Part shown: positions 1-9,246 of the stretch, in pieces
How the letters are laid out: each line of letters begins with the position of its first letter
Position numbering within the stretch: the stretch's first letter is position 1
Source: an uncultured delta proteobacterium
Lineage (GTDB): Bacteria > Myxococcota > Myxococcia > Myxococcales > Myxococcaceae
Direction: 5' to 3'
DNA length: 64,000 bases
Assembly: GCA_963776345.1 (NCBI GenBank)
Contig: CAVZMH010000022.1
Location: 128,001-192,000 of the forward strand
The notes under the pieces: model-generated
Databases searched by the model: none
What the model saw: only the letters and a program-made list of their open reading frames with translations
What the model was told of the DNA's origin: nothing
Made by a program: the position numbers and the translations under genes

Positions 1-1
1 T

Positions 2-619
2 CTGGTGGGGAACGGCACGGTGCGGAAGGCGCTCTGGCTCCTGACGTTCTTCGCCTGGCAGAGCCTTCGCGTGCCCCGGCTGAAGCGGGTGAAGATGTTC
101 GACGGCTGGTACCTGGCCAACGTGGCGGTCCAGCTGGCGTTCCTCGTCGGGCTGTGGGCCGCGGCTGGCTGGAGGCCGGTGCTCTACCTCACGCTCTCCA
201 GCATCTTCGCCATCGGCCTCCACCCGGTGGGCGCGCGGTGGATCCAGGAGCACTACCTGACCAGCGGCAAGGCAGGGCAGGAGACCTTCTCGTACTACGG
301 GCCGCTGAACCTGGTGGCGTTCAACGTCGGCTACCACAACGAGCACCACGATCTGATGACCGTGCCCTGGTCGCGACTGCCGCGGCTGAAGGCGATGGCC
401 CCCGAGTTCTACGACGGGCTGGTCCACCACCGCTCCTGGACCGCGCTCCTCTTTCGCTTCCTGCTCGACCCCTCGCTCAGCCTCTACAGCCGGCGGGTTC
501 GCGGGACCGCGGCCACGGTGAGCGAGTCGCGCCCGGCCGACTGGTCGCTCGCCGAGGCCATCCTCTCGTCGGCGTTCGAGGACGCATCGTCGGCCAGCGA
601 GGAAGCACGCGCGGCCTGA
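2..619 (+). CDS. Fatty acid/sphingolipid delta(4)-desaturase (DEGS/DES1-like), 5'-truncated by window edge
   Basis: HPVGARWIQEHY, ETFSYYGPLN and histidine box YHNEHHD followed by VPWSRLP, typical of the DEGS family; hydrophobic segments. Confidence 0.8.
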   Translation: MVGNGTVRKALWLLTFFAWQSLRVPRLKRVKMFDGWYLANVAVQLAFLVGLWAAAGWRPVLYLTLSSIFAIGLHPVGARWIQEHYLTSGKAGQETFSYYGPLNLVAFNVGYHNEHHDLMTVPWSRLPRLKAMAPEFYDGLVHHRSWTALLFRFLLDPSLSLYSRRVRGTAATVSESRPADWSLAEAILSSAFEDASSASEEARAA

Positions 620-623
620 CGCC

Positions 624-869
624 TCAGCGCCGTGACAGCGCCTTGAGCTCCTCGTCGTCGAGTTTGGGGAGCGCCCGGACGAAGGCCACCAGGTCCCAGC
701 GCAGGTCCTCGGGCAACGACCGTTCGAATCCCGGCATGCCGGTGAGCCGGACCCCGTTCGAGACCAGGAAGTAGAGCTCGCCGTCGGTGCGCCCCTGCGT
801 CTCGGGCTCGCCCAGCCCCGCGGCGCCGACCAGCCCCGCCCCCAGGCGGGCCGCCACCCGGCGTTTCAC
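624..869 (-). pseudogene. Cytochrome c remnant (C-terminal part only, no CXXCH)
   Basis: GTG start overlaps the anti-sigma TGA. Signal-like N-terminus joins directly to TQGRTDGELYFLVSNGVRLTGMPGF...RWDLVAFVRAL, the C-terminal half of a class I cytochrome c; no heme motif. Confidence 0.6.
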
Positions 870-1588
870 GTCCGGCGCTCCTTGATCAGCGCCGCGAGCG
901 CCTTGAGGTCTTCCTGGCCCACGTCCGACACCATCCAGTACGCCACGCCGCGGTGGGACCAGCGGCAGACGGTCCATCGCCCGGTCACCGACGGCCGCGG
1001 CTCGCTGTCAGCCTCCGCCGAGCGCCAGGCGAACACGTCCACCAGGTGGCCGCGCACCTGGTACACCGCCGTGGCCACCGGCCGGCCGTCGAGCGCGTCG
1101 ACCCGTGCGCCCCGGAGCGCGAACCCGTCTCCTCCGCCCGCCGGCGCCACGGACCCGGGCAGCCGGGTGGAGAGCCAGCGCGCGATGGCGGCCGGATCGT
1201 CGGAGGCGAGCTCCACGCTGGTGCCCGCGTCGAGGGCACGGGCATGCAGCGCCGCGACCTCGTGCACGATGCCCGAGGTGCGCCCGGGGACCAGCATCAG
1301 CGCCACCAGCGCCGCGACCGCCATCACCCCCACGACGCCCATGGCGAAGACGCGCCGCCGGCGCGCGCGCACCCCGCGCGTCACCCGGATCAGCGCCGAC
1401 TCCGCCTCGCTCGCGCTGCCCTTGGCGGACTGGAGGAGACGTCGCAGCGCCCGGAGCGTCTCCAGCTCACGGCGGCAGGCGGCGCACTGCTCCAGATGGG
1501 CCTCGACCTCCAGTGAGCCCTCCAGCGAGAGCTCGCCGTCGAGGTAGGCGTGCAGCGCTCCGCGAGGATGTTCGTCGAAGGGATTCAT
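866..1588 (-). CDS. Zinc-finger (zf-HC2) transmembrane anti-sigma factor
   Basis: AYLDGEL...EAHLEQCAAC (HxxxCxxC), one TM helix, periplasmic domain; ATG overlaps the sigma stop (TGATG). Confidence 0.88.
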   Translation of the reverse strand: MNPFDEHPRGALHAYLDGELSLEGSLEVEAHLEQCAACRRELETLRALRRLLQSAKGSASEAESALIRVTRGVRARRRRVFAMGVVGVMAVAALVALMLVPGRTSGIVHEVAALHARALDAGTSVELASDDPAAIARWLSTRLPGSVAPAGGGDGFALRGARVDALDGRPVATAVYQVRGHLVDVFAWRSAEADSEPRPSVTGRWTVCRWSHRGVAYWMVSDVGQEDLKALAALIKERRT

Positions 1589-2107
1589 CAGTTCTTGCTC
1601 CGCGGGTCGCCCACCAGTTCCCTCACCAGCTGCGCGCGAGCACGCGACAGCCGCGACATCACCGTGCCGATGGGCACGCCGAGGATGCTCGCGATCTCCC
1701 GGTAGCTGCACTCCTCCATCTCCCGGAGCACCAGCACCTCGCGGTGGAGGGCCGGGGAGGCGGTCCAGGGCCGCGTGCACCTCGTTCGCGTCACAGGTCT
1801 CCAGCAACCGCGCCTCGGGCGACGGCAGCGGGTCCGGCTCGTTCTCCAGCGCCGGCTCGAGGTCGCCCGGGTCGTCGCGCTCGCGCTTGCGCCAGAGCGT
1901 GAAGCTGACGTTCCGGACGATGGACAGCAGCCAGGCGCGCGGGCTCTCACCGGAGAAGCCACGGAAGTGCCGGAAGGCCCGGAGGAACGAATCCTGAAGC
2001 ACGTCCTGGGCGTCGGCCTCGTTGCGGACCAGGGTCCGTGCCAGACGCAGCGCCGCCGCGGCGTGGGGCCGGGCGAACTGCTCGAATTCCCGAGAATCGT
2101 CGCTCAC
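1588..2107 (-). CDS. ECF RNA polymerase sigma factor, frameshifted near 1755 (probable sequencing error)
   Basis: Region 2 [23 protein letters not shown] in one frame; region 4 [24 protein letters not shown] in the next; extra base in the G4 run at 1754-1757. Confidence 0.88.
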
Positions 2108-2117
2108 GCCTGGTCAG

Positions 2118-2182
2118 GACTCCGCGACCGCGAGATTCATTCCAGCGCCGGCCACGGAATAGCGCGCCGGGTGGACCGAGTC
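2118..2182. promoter_or_regulatory. Back-to-back ECF-type promoters GGAAT-N16/17-GAGTC
   Basis: Plus strand: GGAAT 2156-2160, N17, GAGTC 2178-2182. Minus strand: GGAAT 2143-2139, N16, GAGTC 2122-2118. Confidence 0.6.
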
Positions 2183-2222
2183 TCGTCGCCACACACGGGT
2201 CACGACACAGGAGTGGTCACCA

Positions 2223-3119
2223 ATGCACATCGATCGACGGGAGCTCTTGAAGCTCCTCGGCCTGGGCGGGGTCGTCCTCGGCTCGGGACTCCCCGGGTTC
2301 TCCCTGGCTGCAACCGGCGGGAAGAAGCCCGAGGACTTCTTCTTCCTCCAGCTCTCGGACACGCACTGGGGGTTCAGTGGCCCGCCCAACCCCGAGGCGG
2401 ACCGGACGCTGAAGGAGGTGGTGCAGGCGGTGAACGCCTCGAAGGCCAGGCCCGACTTCGTGGTCTTCACCGGGGACCTGACCCACACCACCGACGACGA
2501 CGCGCTCCGCAGGAAGCGAATGGCGGAGTTCAAGGCCATCGTCTCCGAGCTGCACGTCCCCAAGACCTTCTTCCTCCCCGGCGAGCACGACGCCTCGCTG
2601 GACAAGGGGCAGGCGTACCAGGAGCACTTCGGCGTGCTGCACCAGAGCTTCGAGCACAAGGGCGTCCACTTCGTCGCCCTGGACAACGTGTCCGACCCCT
2701 CGGGGGCGGTCGGAGACACGCAGATCGACTGGCTGAAGGCGGAGCTGGGGAAGCTCGACCGCGACGCGCCGATCGTCGTCCTCGCCCACCGGCCGCTCTT
2801 CGACCTGTTCCCCCAGTGGGACTGGGCGACCGCCGACGGGGCGAAGGTGCTCTCGGTGCTCGAGCCCTACCGCCACCTCACGGTGTTCTACGGGCACATC
2901 CACCAGGAGAACCACCGGACCACCGGGCACATCGCGCATCACTCGGCGAAGTCGCTGATGTTCCCGCTGCCCGCGCCGGGAAGCGTCCCCAAGCGGGCGC
3001 CGGTCCCGTGGGATGCGCAGCACCCCGGCCGCGGGCTCGGCTACCGCGAGGTGGACGTGCGCGGGAAGTCGCGCGAGCTCGGCGTCGAGGAGTACGACGT
3101 GCACGGGGCGCGGGTGTGA
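2223..3119 (+). CDS. Tat-exported calcineurin-like metallophosphoesterase (Icc/CpdA-like)
   Basis: Twin-arginine signal IDRRELLK; metal motifs SDTH, TGDLT, PGEHD, AHRP, YGHIH. Confidence 0.88.
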   Translation: MHIDRRELLKLLGLGGVVLGSGLPGFSLAATGGKKPEDFFFLQLSDTHWGFSGPPNPEADRTLKEVVQAVNASKARPDFVVFTGDLTHTTDDDALRRKRMAEFKAIVSELHVPKTFFLPGEHDASLDKGQAYQEHFGVLHQSFEHKGVHFVALDNVSDPSGAVGDTQIDWLKAELGKLDRDAPIVVLAHRPLFDLFPQWDWATADGAKVLSVLEPYRHLTVFYGHIHQENHRTTGHIAHHSAKSLMFPLPAPGSVPKRAPVPWDAQHPGRGLGYREVDVRGKSRELGVEEYDVHGARV

Positions 3120-3458
3120 AGGCGCTGGTCACCGCACTGGCCCTGGTCTTCCTCGCCGGCGCCGACCGCCGCGCGGGCGGCGCCGAGAGTCATCCAGATC
3201 ACGGCGAGGAAGTTCGAGTTCTCGCCGGCGGAGATCCACCTCAGGCGCGGCGAGCACGTGGTGCTGGAGCTCACCTCGCTGGACCGGAAGCACGGGTTCA
3301 AGCTGCCCGAGCTGGGTATCCGGGCCGACGTGCCTGCGGGCGGAACGACACGCGTCGAGGTGACGCCGGAGAAGGCCGGCCGCTTCTCGTTCGCCTGTGA
3401 CGTGTTCTGCGGCGACGGGCACGACGACATGGCGGGGACCCTCGTCGTCGACCCCTGA
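3116..3458 (+). CDS. Stand-alone cupredoxin with CuA motif (COX2-like domain), frameshifted near 3165-3180
   Basis: Signal peptide VKALVTALALVFLAG from GTG 3116; next frame APRVIQITARKFEFSP...KHGF...CDVFCGDGHDDM (C-x3-C-x3-H-x2-M). Confidence 0.8.
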
Positions 3459-3472
3459 GCCTCCCTCGGGCA

Positions 3473-3501
3473 GCGGCGAAGGATTCTTCCAGCTTCGCCG
3501 C
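3473..3501 (+). terminator. Putative terminator hairpin
   Basis: GCGGCGAAG-N11-CTTCGCCGC just after the cupredoxin stop; no U tract. Confidence 0.35.
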
Positions 3502-3631
3502 AAGGCACGTCTTCCCGGAAGCTCACGACCGCGCCTGGGGCCGAGGACCCCCGGACTTTCTCCTTTCCTTCCGCCCGCTCCCTCTTGTCTCATCGTTGCA
3601 TCAGCCATCGGGCTGAAAAGGGAGAGAACGA

Positions 3632-3982
3632 ATGCGCGGAAAGGCACTGGGAGTGACGCTGTTGCTGCTGGGTGGCGTGGGCTGCGGATCGAGCTCCGGA
3701 GGCGGCTCGGACTGCGACAAGGTGGTGAAGGGCTACAACGATTACGCCAGCAAGGTGTCGGCCTGCGGCGTCACCCTTCCCATCGGGAGCATGACCACGG
3801 CCCAGTGCGACCAGGCCTTCAGCGGTAGCGGGTGCACGGCCGCGGACAAGACCCTGTACGGGGACTTCGGGACCTGCCTCAGCAACCTGCCGGCCTGCAG
3901 CTCCAGCAACACGCAGCCGTTCATCGACGCGGTGACCGTCTGCACCGACAAGCTGAACGGCCTCTCGAGCACCTGCCAGTGA
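3632..3982 (+). CDS. Small cysteine-rich lipoprotein
   Basis: Lipobox-like GGVGC, eight further Cys, RBS GGAGAG. Confidence 0.75.
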   Translation: MRGKALGVTLLLLGGVGCGSSSGGGSDCDKVVKGYNDYASKVSACGVTLPIGSMTTAQCDQAFSGSGCTAADKTLYGDFGTCLSNLPACSSSNTQPFIDAVTVCTDKLNGLSSTCQ

Positions 3983-4172
3983 CGCGGGGCTGAGCGGGCC
4001 CGAGCCGCGAGGCGACGCACCTCCCGTGCGATCGCCTCGCGCTCACCGCCTTCCCGGTGGAACGACCGGGGTTGTCCCTACGTGCAGGGTGCCCTTCTTC
4101 CCTTGACCGCGCCGTTGTCCCTGGGCCACAGGCCGTCGGCGCGCGGACGCGCCGACGAGGGGAGCTCGAACG

Positions 4173-5042
4173 ATGAAGCGGATCATCTCGTGGGTGGCGG
4201 GCCTGTGTCTCGTCGCCCTGGTGGGGTGTAGCGAGGACCTCGGGCCGGTGACCGCGGCCTGGAACCAGCTCTCGCAGACGGTGACCGCGAAGATCGCCGC
4301 GTTCAAGAGCCAGTACGCCAGCCTGCAGGCGGCGGTGAAGGCTCTCCCGGCGGCTGCCGACGCCGATTCGGCCGGGAAGGCGCTGAAGGCCAAGGTGGAT
4401 CAGGCGCTCGCCACCCACGGCCAGAGCCTGGGCGCGCTCGACTCGTTGCTCTCCACGGCGAAGGGTTCCTTCGACGAGGCGGTGAAGGGCGGAAAGATCG
4501 TCGACGTGCAGAAGGTGATCGACGAGACGAAGACCCGGTTCGATCAGCTCTCGACCAGCCTGACCGGCTCGGCGGCGGGCGTGACCGGCCTCATCGACCA
4601 GTACCGGAAGCACGCCGCGGAGATGGCCAAGCCGGTGGACACCGACTTCACCGATCTCGACTTCAAGGCCGGGACGGCGCAGTTCCTCTTCACCCATCCA
4701 AGCAGCAAGGCGACGCTGGAGAAGCTCGTGGCCTACATGAAGAGCTGCCCGGAGCTGGTGGTGGACCTGGTGGGCCACACCTCGAACGAGGGCTCGGATG
4801 CGAAGAACGTCAAGCTGAGCATCGACCGGGCCAAGGCGGTCAAGCAGTACCTGGTGACCAAGGCCGGCGTGGAGGCGAAGACGTTCCGGGAGGTCACCGG
4901 CGTCGGCGATCGGCAGAACGTCGTGCCCGAGCCGGCGCCCGGCAGCCCCGAGGCCAAGAAGATGGGCGCCAAGGCGCTCGAGGAGATCCGCAGGAAGAAC
5001 CGTCGGATCACCGTGCATCCCGTCACGCCCTGCCCGAAGTAG
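4173..5042 (+). CDS. OmpA-family peptidoglycan-binding lipoprotein
   Basis: Lipobox LVGC, helical N-terminal half, OmpA_C motifs VGHTSNEGSDAKNVKLSIDRAKAV and RKNRRI. Confidence 0.85.
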   Translation: MKRIISWVAGLCLVALVGCSEDLGPVTAAWNQLSQTVTAKIAAFKSQYASLQAAVKALPAAADADSAGKALKAKVDQALATHGQSLGALDSLLSTAKGSFDEAVKGGKIVDVQKVIDETKTRFDQLSTSLTGSAAGVTGLIDQYRKHAAEMAKPVDTDFTDLDFKAGTAQFLFTHPSSKATLEKLVAYMKSCPELVVDLVGHTSNEGSDAKNVKLSIDRAKAVKQYLVTKAGVEAKTFREVTGVGDRQNVVPEPAPGSPEAKKMGAKALEEIRRKNRRITVHPVTPCPK

Positions 5043-5121
5043 CGCCGAGTGAGTCCACGGAGCGTCATCGCGGTCGCGCTGTTACCCTTGGCAGCGGGCG
5101 TCAGCAGCAGCAGCTGAGCTT

Positions 5122-5138
5122 CGGGGCGGTTCGCCCCG
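5122..5138. terminator. Hairpin between convergent genes
   Basis: CGGGGCG-GTT-CGCCCCG. Confidence 0.4.
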
Positions 5139-5147
5139 TTGTCGGGC

Positions 5148-6488
5148 TCAGCCGGTGCGCGTCGCCGGTGGCGGGGCGGGCGCCGCGGGGGCCTCGCCGT
5201 GGTCCGGCTTGCCGGTGGGCAGCCCCACGCCTCGGATGGAGGCGTCGAGGATCTCCACCGGGTGCGCCGCGTGGAGGGTGGTCCCCTTCGCCTCGAGCAG
5301 CCGCTGGATGTGCAGCGTGCAGCCAGGGTTGGCCGAGGCGAGCAGGTCGGCGCGGGTGCGGAGCACGGCCGAGACCTTGCGCGTCCCCACCTCGTCCGCG
5401 CTCTCCGGCTGGAACAGGTTGTAGGTGCCGGCGCTGCCGCAGCACTGCTCGCCGTCCGCCACGTCCACCAGCTCGAGCCCGGGGATGCCCCGGAGCAGCA
5501 TCCGGGGCTGGCTCCGGATGCCCTGCCCGTGCGCGAGGTGGCAGGCGTCGTGGTACGCGACGCGCGCCGCGATGGGGTGACGCACCGCCCGCGGAGGACC
5601 GAGCGCGACGAGGAACTCGTGCACGTCCTTCACCTTCGCCGAGAAGGCTCGGGCCCGCTCCGCCCACGCCGGGTCGTTCCGGAACAGCCGGCCGTAGTCC
5701 TTGAGGTGCGAGCCGCAGCCGGCCGCGTTGATGATGATCGCGTCCACCGGCGTGCGCTCGAAGCGCTCGATGAGCGCCCGCGCGAAGCGCAGCGACTCCT
5801 CGTCGCGCCCGGAGTGCATCGACAGCGCCCCGCAGCAGCCCTGCCCCGGAGGGACCTGGACCTCGCATCCCTCGGCGGCGAGCACCCGCAGCGTGGCGTC
5901 GTTCACCCCGGGGAAGAACACCCGCTGCACGCAGCCTGCGACCAGGCCCACCCGCGCCCGCGCCGGACCGACCGCCGGGACCCGCCCGGGCAGCGCTCGG
6001 GTCAGCTCCTTCCAGCTCACCTCCGGCGTGAGCGCCTCCATCTGCCGGAGGTTCGCCGGGAGGAGCCGGAGGAGGCCGCTCCGGCGCACCAGCCACCGGA
6101 GCCCGCTCCGGGCGTACAGGAGCAGGAGCGCACCGATGACCCGGAGGCGCCCGGGGTGCGGGAAGACGGAGAAGACCATCCCGCGGAACAGCCGCTCGCG
6201 CAGCGGGCGGCGGTGGGTGTGCTCCAGCTTCGCCCGCGTCTCCTCGATGAGGATGTCGTACTTCACGCCGGAGGGGCAGGCGGTCACGCATGCCAGGCAT
6301 CCGAGGCACCGGTCGAAGTGGGACGCCACGGTGGGGGTCATCGAAATCTTCCCCTCCCGCAGCCCGCGCATCAGGTCGATCCGGCCGCGGGGGCTGTCCA
6401 TCTCCTCGCCCCAGCTCAGGTAGGTCGGGCAATGCGGAAGGCAGAAGCCGCAGTGCACGCAATCCTCGACCAGGTCCCGCTCCGCCAT
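5148..6488 (-). CDS. glcF: Glycolate oxidase iron-sulfur subunit
   Basis: CVHCGFCLPHCPTY and CLGCLACVTACPSG 4Fe-4S motifs; two CCG domains (QGCCGA, QCCGSAG). Confidence 0.92.
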   Translation of the reverse strand: MAERDLVEDCVHCGFCLPHCPTYLSWGEEMDSPRGRIDLMRGLREGKISMTPTVASHFDRCLGCLACVTACPSGVKYDILIEETRAKLEHTHRRPLRERLFRGMVFSVFPHPGRLRVIGALLLLYARSGLRWLVRRSGLLRLLPANLRQMEALTPEVSWKELTRALPGRVPAVGPARARVGLVAGCVQRVFFPGVNDATLRVLAAEGCEVQVPPGQGCCGALSMHSGRDEESLRFARALIERFERTPVDAIIINAAGCGSHLKDYGRLFRNDPAWAERARAFSAKVKDVHEFLVALGPPRAVRHPIAARVAYHDACHLAHGQGIRSQPRMLLRGIPGLELVDVADGEQCCGSAGTYNLFQPESADEVGTRKVSAVLRTRADLLASANPGCTLHIQRLLEAKGTTLHAAHPVEILDASIRGVGLPTGKPDHGEAPAAPAPPPATRTG

Positions 6489-6499
6489 CCCGAGGCCCC

Positions 6500-7741
6500 C
6501 TAGAGTCCGCCCACGAACCGCCCGGGCGCGAGCCGCCGTCCCGGGTCCAGCCGGTCCTTCATCTGCACCATCAGCGGCAGGGCCGCCGGCGGCGGTCCCC
6601 ACACGTCCACGCCGGCCCGCACCTCCGGCGGGGCGGCGTGCAGCACCACGCTCCCGTGCGGCAGCGCCTCCCGGGCGGCGTTCACCGCCGCCACCACCGG
6701 CGCGGCGGCGCGCACGTCGCCGGAGATGAAGGCCAGCCCGAGCACCGGGTAACAGACGGCGCGCGGATGCTCGAGCACCGGGAAGAGCGAGCCGAGCGCC
6801 GCGTTGGCCACCCGCTCCAGCTCCATCGGCTGCGCGGCCAGCTTGGCGCGGAACGCGGCCGTCGACTCGCGCGCGCGGTCGTGCCGGGCCCAGAACGCGC
6901 GGGCGGCGTCGGGTCCGAGCGGCTCCGCGCCCCAGCCCTGGCGCGTGCCCAGCTCGACGAGCTTCTCCGTCTGCTGCCGCACCCCGGCCTCGAACCCCTC
7001 GAAGCGGACGCCCAGCTCGAACCGCCCGTCGAAGCGGACCCCGAGGTCGTCCCCGCCCTCGTGCACCAGCGCCGCCACCGCGCCCGGCTCGAGCTGGGCC
7101 TGCCGGAGCGCGAGCATCACCCGCCGGACGCCGTCGGCGTCGAGGTCGGCGAAGAGCACCGTCGCCTGCGCCTCGGGCAACGGGTGCAACCGGAAGGTGA
7201 CGGTGGCGATGAGCCCCAGCGTGCCGAGCGAGCCCACCATCAGCTTGGGCACGTCGAACCCGGCGACGTTCTTCACCACCTTGCCCCCGCCCCGGGCCTC
7301 GGTGCCGTCGGCCCGGACGATGGAGATGCCGATGATCAGGTCGCGGATGCTGCCGTAGCGCGTCCGCCGCGGCCCGAAGGCGTTGGTCGCCACCAGCCCG
7401 CCGATCGTCGCCCGGGCGGCCCACGGCGGGTCGAGGGCCAGCATCTGGCCGGAGCGGGCGAGAGAATCCTGAAGCGCCGCGAGCCGGACCCCCGCCTCCA
7501 CGGTGACGATCTGGTCCAGCGGCGCGTGCTCGACGATGCGCTCCAGCCGCTCGGTGCCGAGCACCACCTCCACCCCTGCCGGGGGCGCGCCGATCGACAG
7601 CTCGGTGCCGCCTCCCAGGAAGAGGACTCGCGCGTTCTCCTTCTCCGCGCGGCGGAGGACCTCGGTCGCCTCGGCGAGCGTGCCGGGGCGCTCCTGCCGC
7701 GCCGAGGCCAGCGCGTCGAGGCTCGCCGCGACCACGCTCAT
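6500..7741 (-). CDS. glcE: Glycolate oxidase FAD-binding subunit
   Basis: ATIGG, GGKVVKNVAGFD, GSLGTLG, C-terminal LDPGRRLAPGRF; lies between glcD and glcF. Confidence 0.88.
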   Translation of the reverse strand: MSVVAASLDALASARQERPGTLAEATEVLRRAEKENARVLFLGGGTELSIGAPPAGVEVVLGTERLERIVEHAPLDQIVTVEAGVRLAALQDSLARSGQMLALDPPWAARATIGGLVATNAFGPRRTRYGSIRDLIIGISIVRADGTEARGGGKVVKNVAGFDVPKLMVGSLGTLGLIATVTFRLHPLPEAQATVLFADLDADGVRRVMLALRQAQLEPGAVAALVHEGGDDLGVRFDGRFELGVRFEGFEAGVRQQTEKLVELGTRQGWGAEPLGPDAARAFWARHDRARESTAAFRAKLAAQPMELERVANAALGSLFPVLEHPRAVCYPVLGLAFISGDVRAAAPVVAAVNAAREALPHGSVVLHAAPPEVRAGVDVWGPPPAALPLMVQMKDRLDPGRRLAPGRFVGGL

Positions 7742-9237
7742 CCGCGGTCCGCCAGCCCGGCCACCTCGGTGGCGTGCGGGCGGTAGGGGCCCGGGCGGTC
7801 GCCGCAGAGCCTGGGGGTGGGGAAGACCTTGCTCGGGTTGAAGGTGGTCCCCGGGTCGAAGGCGCAGCGCACCTTGGCCATGGTGTCCAGGTCCGCCTCG
7901 GTGAACATCTCGGCCATGAAGGGCGCCTTGTCCGCGCCCACTCCGTGCTCGCCGGTGATCGAGCCGCCATAGCGGATGCAGATGCGGAGGATCTCCCCCG
8001 CCAGCTCCTCGGCCGCGTGCTCCTGTCCGGGGACCTTGGCGTCGTAGAGCACCAGGGGATGCAGGTTGCCGTCGCCGGCGTGGAAGACGTTGGCCACCCG
8101 GAGCCCGCGCTCCTCGGAGAGCCGGGCGATCTCCGCCAGCACCCGGGCGATGTCGTTCCGGGGGATGACCCCGTCCTGCACGATGTAGTTGGGCGCGAGC
8201 CGACCCATGGCCGCGAAGGCGCTCTTCCGGCCCTTCCACATCAGCAGCCGCTCGTCGTCGTTCTTCGGGACGCGCACCTCGAGCGCGCCGGTCCGCCGGG
8301 CGATGGACACCGCCACGTCCGCGGTGTGCTCCGCCTCGGCCGCGCACCCGTCCACGTCCATGAGCAGCGCCGCGCCCACGTCCGGCCAGTCCAGCCCGGT
8401 CGCCGCGACCGCCGCCCGGATGGCGAGACGGTCCATCATCTCGATGGCCGCCGGAACGATGCCCGTGCCGATGATCTCCCCGACGCAGTTCCCGGCCTCG
8501 GTGGTGGAGGGGAAGGTGGCGAAGAAGGTGCGGGTGGCCTCGGGCTTGCGGAGGATCCGGAGCACCACCTCGGTGACCACCCCCAGCGTCCCCTCGCTGC
8601 CGACCACCACCCCGACCAGGTCGTAGCCGGGCGTGTCCAGCGCCGGGCCGCCCAGGTCCACCACCTCGCCGGCCGCGGTCACCAGCCGGACGCCGCGGAC
8701 GTGATTCACGGTGAAGCCGTACTTGAGGCAGTGCGCGCCGCCCGAGTTCTCGGCCACGTTGCCGCCGATGGTGCACACGCCCTGCGAGGAGGGGTCCGGC
8801 GCGTAGTAGTAGCCCGCCGGCGAAATCTCCTTGCTCACGTCGAGGTTGATGACCCCCGGCTGGACGCGGATCCATCCGTCGTCGAGGTCCACCTCGAGGA
8901 TTCGCTTCATCCGCGAGAGCCCGAGCAGCAGGCACCCAGGCACGGGCAGCGCTCCGCCCGACAGCCCGGTCCCGGCGCCGCGCGGGACGATGGGCATTCC
9001 CGCCTCGACCGCGATGCGCACCACCGCGGCGACCTCCTCGGTCGAGGCAGGCAGCACCACCACGCTCGGGGCGGCGCGGAAGCTGGCGAGCGCGTCGCAC
9101 TCGTAGGTGCGCAGGTCCGCCGGGTCGCGGATGACGTTCCTCTCGCCCACCACCGCGACCAGCCGGTCGATCACCCCGGCCGGCGCCGGGATGGGCGCGG
9201 GGGCCGGGGCGGAAGTGACCAGCGACGGGGAGGACAT
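7738..9237 (-). CDS. glcD: Glycolate oxidase subunit GlcD (FAD-linked oxidase)
   Basis: PRGAGTGLSGG, PDPSS, CTIGGNVAENSGG, HAGDGNLHP, GEHGVG. Confidence 0.92.
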   Translation of the reverse strand: MSSPSLVTSAPAPAPIPAPAGVIDRLVAVVGERNVIRDPADLRTYECDALASFRAAPSVVVLPASTEEVAAVVRIAVEAGMPIVPRGAGTGLSGGALPVPGCLLLGLSRMKRILEVDLDDGWIRVQPGVINLDVSKEISPAGYYYAPDPSSQGVCTIGGNVAENSGGAHCLKYGFTVNHVRGVRLVTAAGEVVDLGGPALDTPGYDLVGVVVGSEGTLGVVTEVVLRILRKPEATRTFFATFPSTTEAGNCVGEIIGTGIVPAAIEMMDRLAIRAAVAATGLDWPDVGAALLMDVDGCAAEAEHTADVAVSIARRTGALEVRVPKNDDERLLMWKGRKSAFAAMGRLAPNYIVQDGVIPRNDIARVLAEIARLSEERGLRVANVFHAGDGNLHPLVLYDAKVPGQEHAAEELAGEILRICIRYGGSITGEHGVGADKAPFMAEMFTEADLDTMAKVRCAFDPGTTFNPSKVFPTPRLCGDRPGPYRPHATEVAGLADRG

Positions 9238-9246
9238 GTCCCCTTC

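Noticed and set aside
866..2107. 413-aa sigma/anti-sigma fusion ORF
   Set aside because: Artefact of the frameshift near 1755; sigma region 4 is in another frame and ends at a TGATG overlap
5049..5117. 22-codon signal-peptide-like ORF VSPRSVIAVALLPLAAGVSSSS
   Set aside because: Too short, no RBS; could be a remnant but cannot be supported
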